From an uncultured delta proteobacterium (GTDB lineage Bacteria; Myxococcota_A; Polyangia; Fen-1088), in NCBI GenBank assembly GCA_963796685.1, contig CAWCMR010000009.1:320001-384000 (forward strand): 64,000 nucleotides of DNA. The letters are read 5' to 3'. Within the stretch, counting starts at the first letter, position 1. Every line of letters starts with the position of its first letter. Below, piece after piece: positions 61,321 through 64,000 of the stretch. The notes beneath the pieces are model-generated. The model made no database searches. It saw only the letters and a list, made by a program, of their open reading frames with translations, and was not told the origin of the DNA. A program made the position numbers and the translations under genes.

Positions 61321-61935
61321 TCACGCGACGAAGAACAACACGGCGAGGTAGTGACAGGCGCTGCCCCCCAGGACGAAGAGGTGCCAAACACCATGTCCAT
61401 AGCGCACCCCCTTCTTGCCCGCGACGTAGAAGAAGATTCCCCCGGTGTACAGCAGCCCCCCAGCGAGCAACCAGGCAAAGCCCTTCAGGGTCAGAAGGGA
61501 AATCAAGGGCACGACGGCCAACACTGCCAGCCATCCCATGAGCAAGTAGATCGAAAGCGACAGAATTCGACTTCGTTGGGCGCGCCACAGCTCCTGGACA
61601 ACACCGAGAGCCGCGAGCGTCCATATGGCGCCGAACAAGGGCCAACCCCCATGGCCACGAAGGGTGACCAACGTGAAAGGAGAATAGGTGCCCGCAATCA
61701 AGAGGTAGATCGCGCAGTGGTCGAGATTGCGCAGCATGGGCTTCGAAGGCCCGTGCGCGGAATGGTACAGGAACGAGGTGACATATTGACCGACGAGGGC
61801 CAGGCCGTAGAGGCTGAAGCTGGCGATCCGCCAGGGATCACCCAGGTGCGCGGCCGACAGAACAAGCGCGAGGGTCCCCCCCAACGCTAGAGCGGCGCCG
61901 ATGAGGTGACTGAGCGAATTGAATCTTTCTTCCAC
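61321..61935 (-). CDS. Hemolysin III / PAQR family membrane protein
   Basis: ERFNSLSH, SFLYH, DHCAIYLLIAGTYSP and HGVWHLFV...H. Start uncertain. Confidence 0.9.
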   Translation of the reverse strand: MEERFNSLSHLIGAALALGGTLALVLSAAHLGDPWRIASFSLYGLALVGQYVTSFLYHSAHGPSKPMLRNLDHCAIYLLIAGTYSPFTLVTLRGHGGWPLFGAIWTLAALGVVQELWRAQRSRILSLSIYLLMGWLAVLAVVPLISLLTLKGFAWLLAGGLLYTGGIFFYVAGKKGVRYGHGVWHLFVLGGSACHYLAVLFFVA

Positions 61936-61993
61936 GTGAAGGCTCTCGCCCGAGGGACTCTTGGGGTGGCGGATTATGGTACACCAACCACCG

Positions 61994-62479
61994 ATGGACA
62001 GTCGAAGCGGGGCCGGCCCATACGAAGTGCCGAAGGCGGATCTCAACCAGCCTGGCTCGGCCGAGCGCCCGCCTCGACCATCCGTGGGCGATGTCTTGCT
62101 GGTGATGCTCCTGCAACTCGCCGCGGTCGCCATCCTCGGCCGCGCCCTTCCACCCCTCCTCGGTCGGTCCTGGCCAGGCTATCCGTTCGCCGGGCGTATG
62201 ATCGGGGCCGCGACGTTTGCCATGCTCGAAAAGCGACATCGCCCCGGGTCGCGCCCGCTTGGCTTCATCGCCTTGCTTGCCCTGTGGGCGACCTTGGCGT
62301 GGCTGCTCTTCACCGTGCTCTCGATGGGGGTATTCCTGGGCTTGCCGAACCATTGGCCAACCCCTGGCATCGAATGGCTCGCGACTGCCAACAGGCTTCT
62401 CGTCAGCGGCGCAAGCACCTTTGTCGCAACGGTGGCGGGATTGTGGCTGGGCTCGCGCGCAAGCGCCCGACGATTCTAG
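61994..62479 (+). CDS. Hypothetical membrane protein (about 4 TM)
   Basis: PYEVPKADL N-terminus followed by hydrophobic helices; start uncertain. Confidence 0.6.
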   Translation: MDSRSGAGPYEVPKADLNQPGSAERPPRPSVGDVLLVMLLQLAAVAILGRALPPLLGRSWPGYPFAGRMIGAATFAMLEKRHRPGSRPLGFIALLALWATLAWLLFTVLSMGVFLGLPNHWPTPGIEWLATANRLLVSGASTFVATVAGLWLGSRASARRF

Positions 62480-64000
62480 CCAGGGGGCAAGCAGTCCGTG
62501 GGCCGGGCGATTGCGACGAGAGCCTGGGCCGCGGCTTGCAGATCCGCGGATTCGTAGGGTTTGGACAGGAGTCGGGTGACGCCACGCTCCTTGAGCGCCT
62601 CCGCGGACATCGATTCGCCGATACCCGACACCATCAGGATGGGAAGGTCCGGGCGGGTCGCAAGCACATTGGCAACGAGCTCCAGGCCGGTCATGTGAGG
62701 CATCGTGTTGTCGGTGACGAGCAAGTCGAACCGACAGGGATCGGATCGAAATTCCTCGAGGGCCTGCAAACTGGACGTGTGCGCGGTAACGTCGAAGCCG
62801 ACGGCTTCGAGCACGCGCCGCCCGAGAGCGGCCAGCCGCTCTTCGTCCTCGACGAAGAGGATCCGGTGCCGCTGCGGGCGGACCCCATCGGCGCCATCCA
62901 TCACCTGCGCGTTCAACGGGGCCGCGGGAAGGTATACGTCGAAACAGGTTCCCTCGCCCACGCGGCTCGCGACTTCGATGCCTCCGCCCAGGGAAAGAAC
63001 GATTTGTCTGATGACCGACAGTCCGAGCCCGGTGCCTTCGCCTTGGGGTTTGGTGGTGAAGAAGGGCTCGAAAATGCTTCCAAGCATCTTGTCAGGAATG
63101 CCGGTCCCCGTGTCCGACACACGCAGCCGCACGTGAAGCCCCGGACGCATGCCCGTGTGCGCGGCCACGAACGTCTCATCCACGGTCACGGGCCCCACGC
63201 GAATCTCCAGCACCCCCCCATGGTTCTTCATGGCGTGAGCCGCGTTGGTGGCCAGGTTCATGGCGATCTGGTGCAACTCGTTTCCGTCGGCGACAACCTG
63301 GGGCGTGGTCGCATCGAACCCCTCGCGAATCTCGATGTTGAGCGGCAGCGTGGCACGCAACAGATGGATGGCCTCGCGAACCGGTGCTTCGATGCTGGTG
63401 GGCGCGCGCGTCGGCTGCGACTTTCGCGTGAAGAACAGGATGCGGTTCACGAGATCGCGCCCGCGCCGGGCGGTGTCGATGACGACGTCGAGATCCTCTT
63501 TCACCAAGGGAAGACCCTTGACGGCTTCACGCGCCAGCTCGGTGTAGCCGATGATGCCGAGCAAGATGTTGTTGAAGTCGTGCGCGATGCCGCTGGCCAG
63601 GTTGCCGATGGCCTCCAGCTTGTGCGTCTGGCGCAAGCGTTCTTCCAGGCCGCGTCGTTCGCTGACGTCCACGATGGTGCCAAGGATGAAGACGCCCTCG
63701 GGGGTCGCGATGGGGGAAAGACCGATCTCGACGGGGATCTCGCGCCCGTCCTTGTGGCGGGCGAAGAGCTCGCGTCCGGCACCCATGCGCCGGGCGGTGG
63801 GCTCGTGCGTGTACTGGCCGCGCAGCTTTGCGTGCCCCCGGACAAAATGATCGGGCACCAGCAGCTCCACCGACTGCCCGAGGAGCTGCGTCGCGGGAGT
63901 AGCCGCACAACCGCTCGACCTCCTGGTTGACCGCCGTGATGACGCCACCCCCGTCGACGACGATCAACCCCGACGGGCACCGTTCGAAAGCGGTTCTGAT
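62476..64000 (-). CDS. PAS hybrid histidine kinase (CckA-like); 5' end outside the window; +1 frameshift at about 63888
   Basis: PAS RRMGAGRELFARHKDG; AHDFNNIL, NLATNAAHAM, FEPFFTTK, GTGLGL and a REC domain. Confidence 0.9.

Noticed and set aside
61906-63930. 674-aa plus-strand ORF
   Set aside because: Antisense to the PAS hybrid kinase, with no recognisable domain.

Overview
High-GC bacterial DNA that looks like a myxobacterium (Myxococcota, probably Polyangia-like). This rests on the Cys-rich surface proteins, fibro-slime and vWA lipoproteins, Ser/Thr kinases, MshEN protein and many two-component genes. The window is chromosomal: no rRNA, tRNA, CRISPR array or intact transposase is visible. 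Recognisable modules: cysJI, thiC, futalosine menaquinone genes (mqnE and an MqnA-like/MqnC fusion), glnK-small ORF-amt behind a sigma54-type promoter, cydAB, a signalling cluster at 53.5-60.3 kb, and a cyanophycin-related operon. That operon is the best candidate for an undescribed system: a lone CphA-like ligase with a dead Mur domain and altered ATP-grasp loops, a cyanophycinase-like S51 peptidase, an ABC exporter fused to DUF1854, then a lipoprotein-type isoaspartyl methyltransferase. Other highlights are a 68-aa membrane protein between glnK and amt, a repeated leaderless-mRNA signature, a sigma54-driven 62-aa gene, a pseudo-histidine kinase, and beta-lactamase and Cys-rich gene remnants. 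Four single-base frameshifts in otherwise intact genes most likely reflect long-read assembly errors. All family assignments come from motif recognition by eye; no database searches were run.
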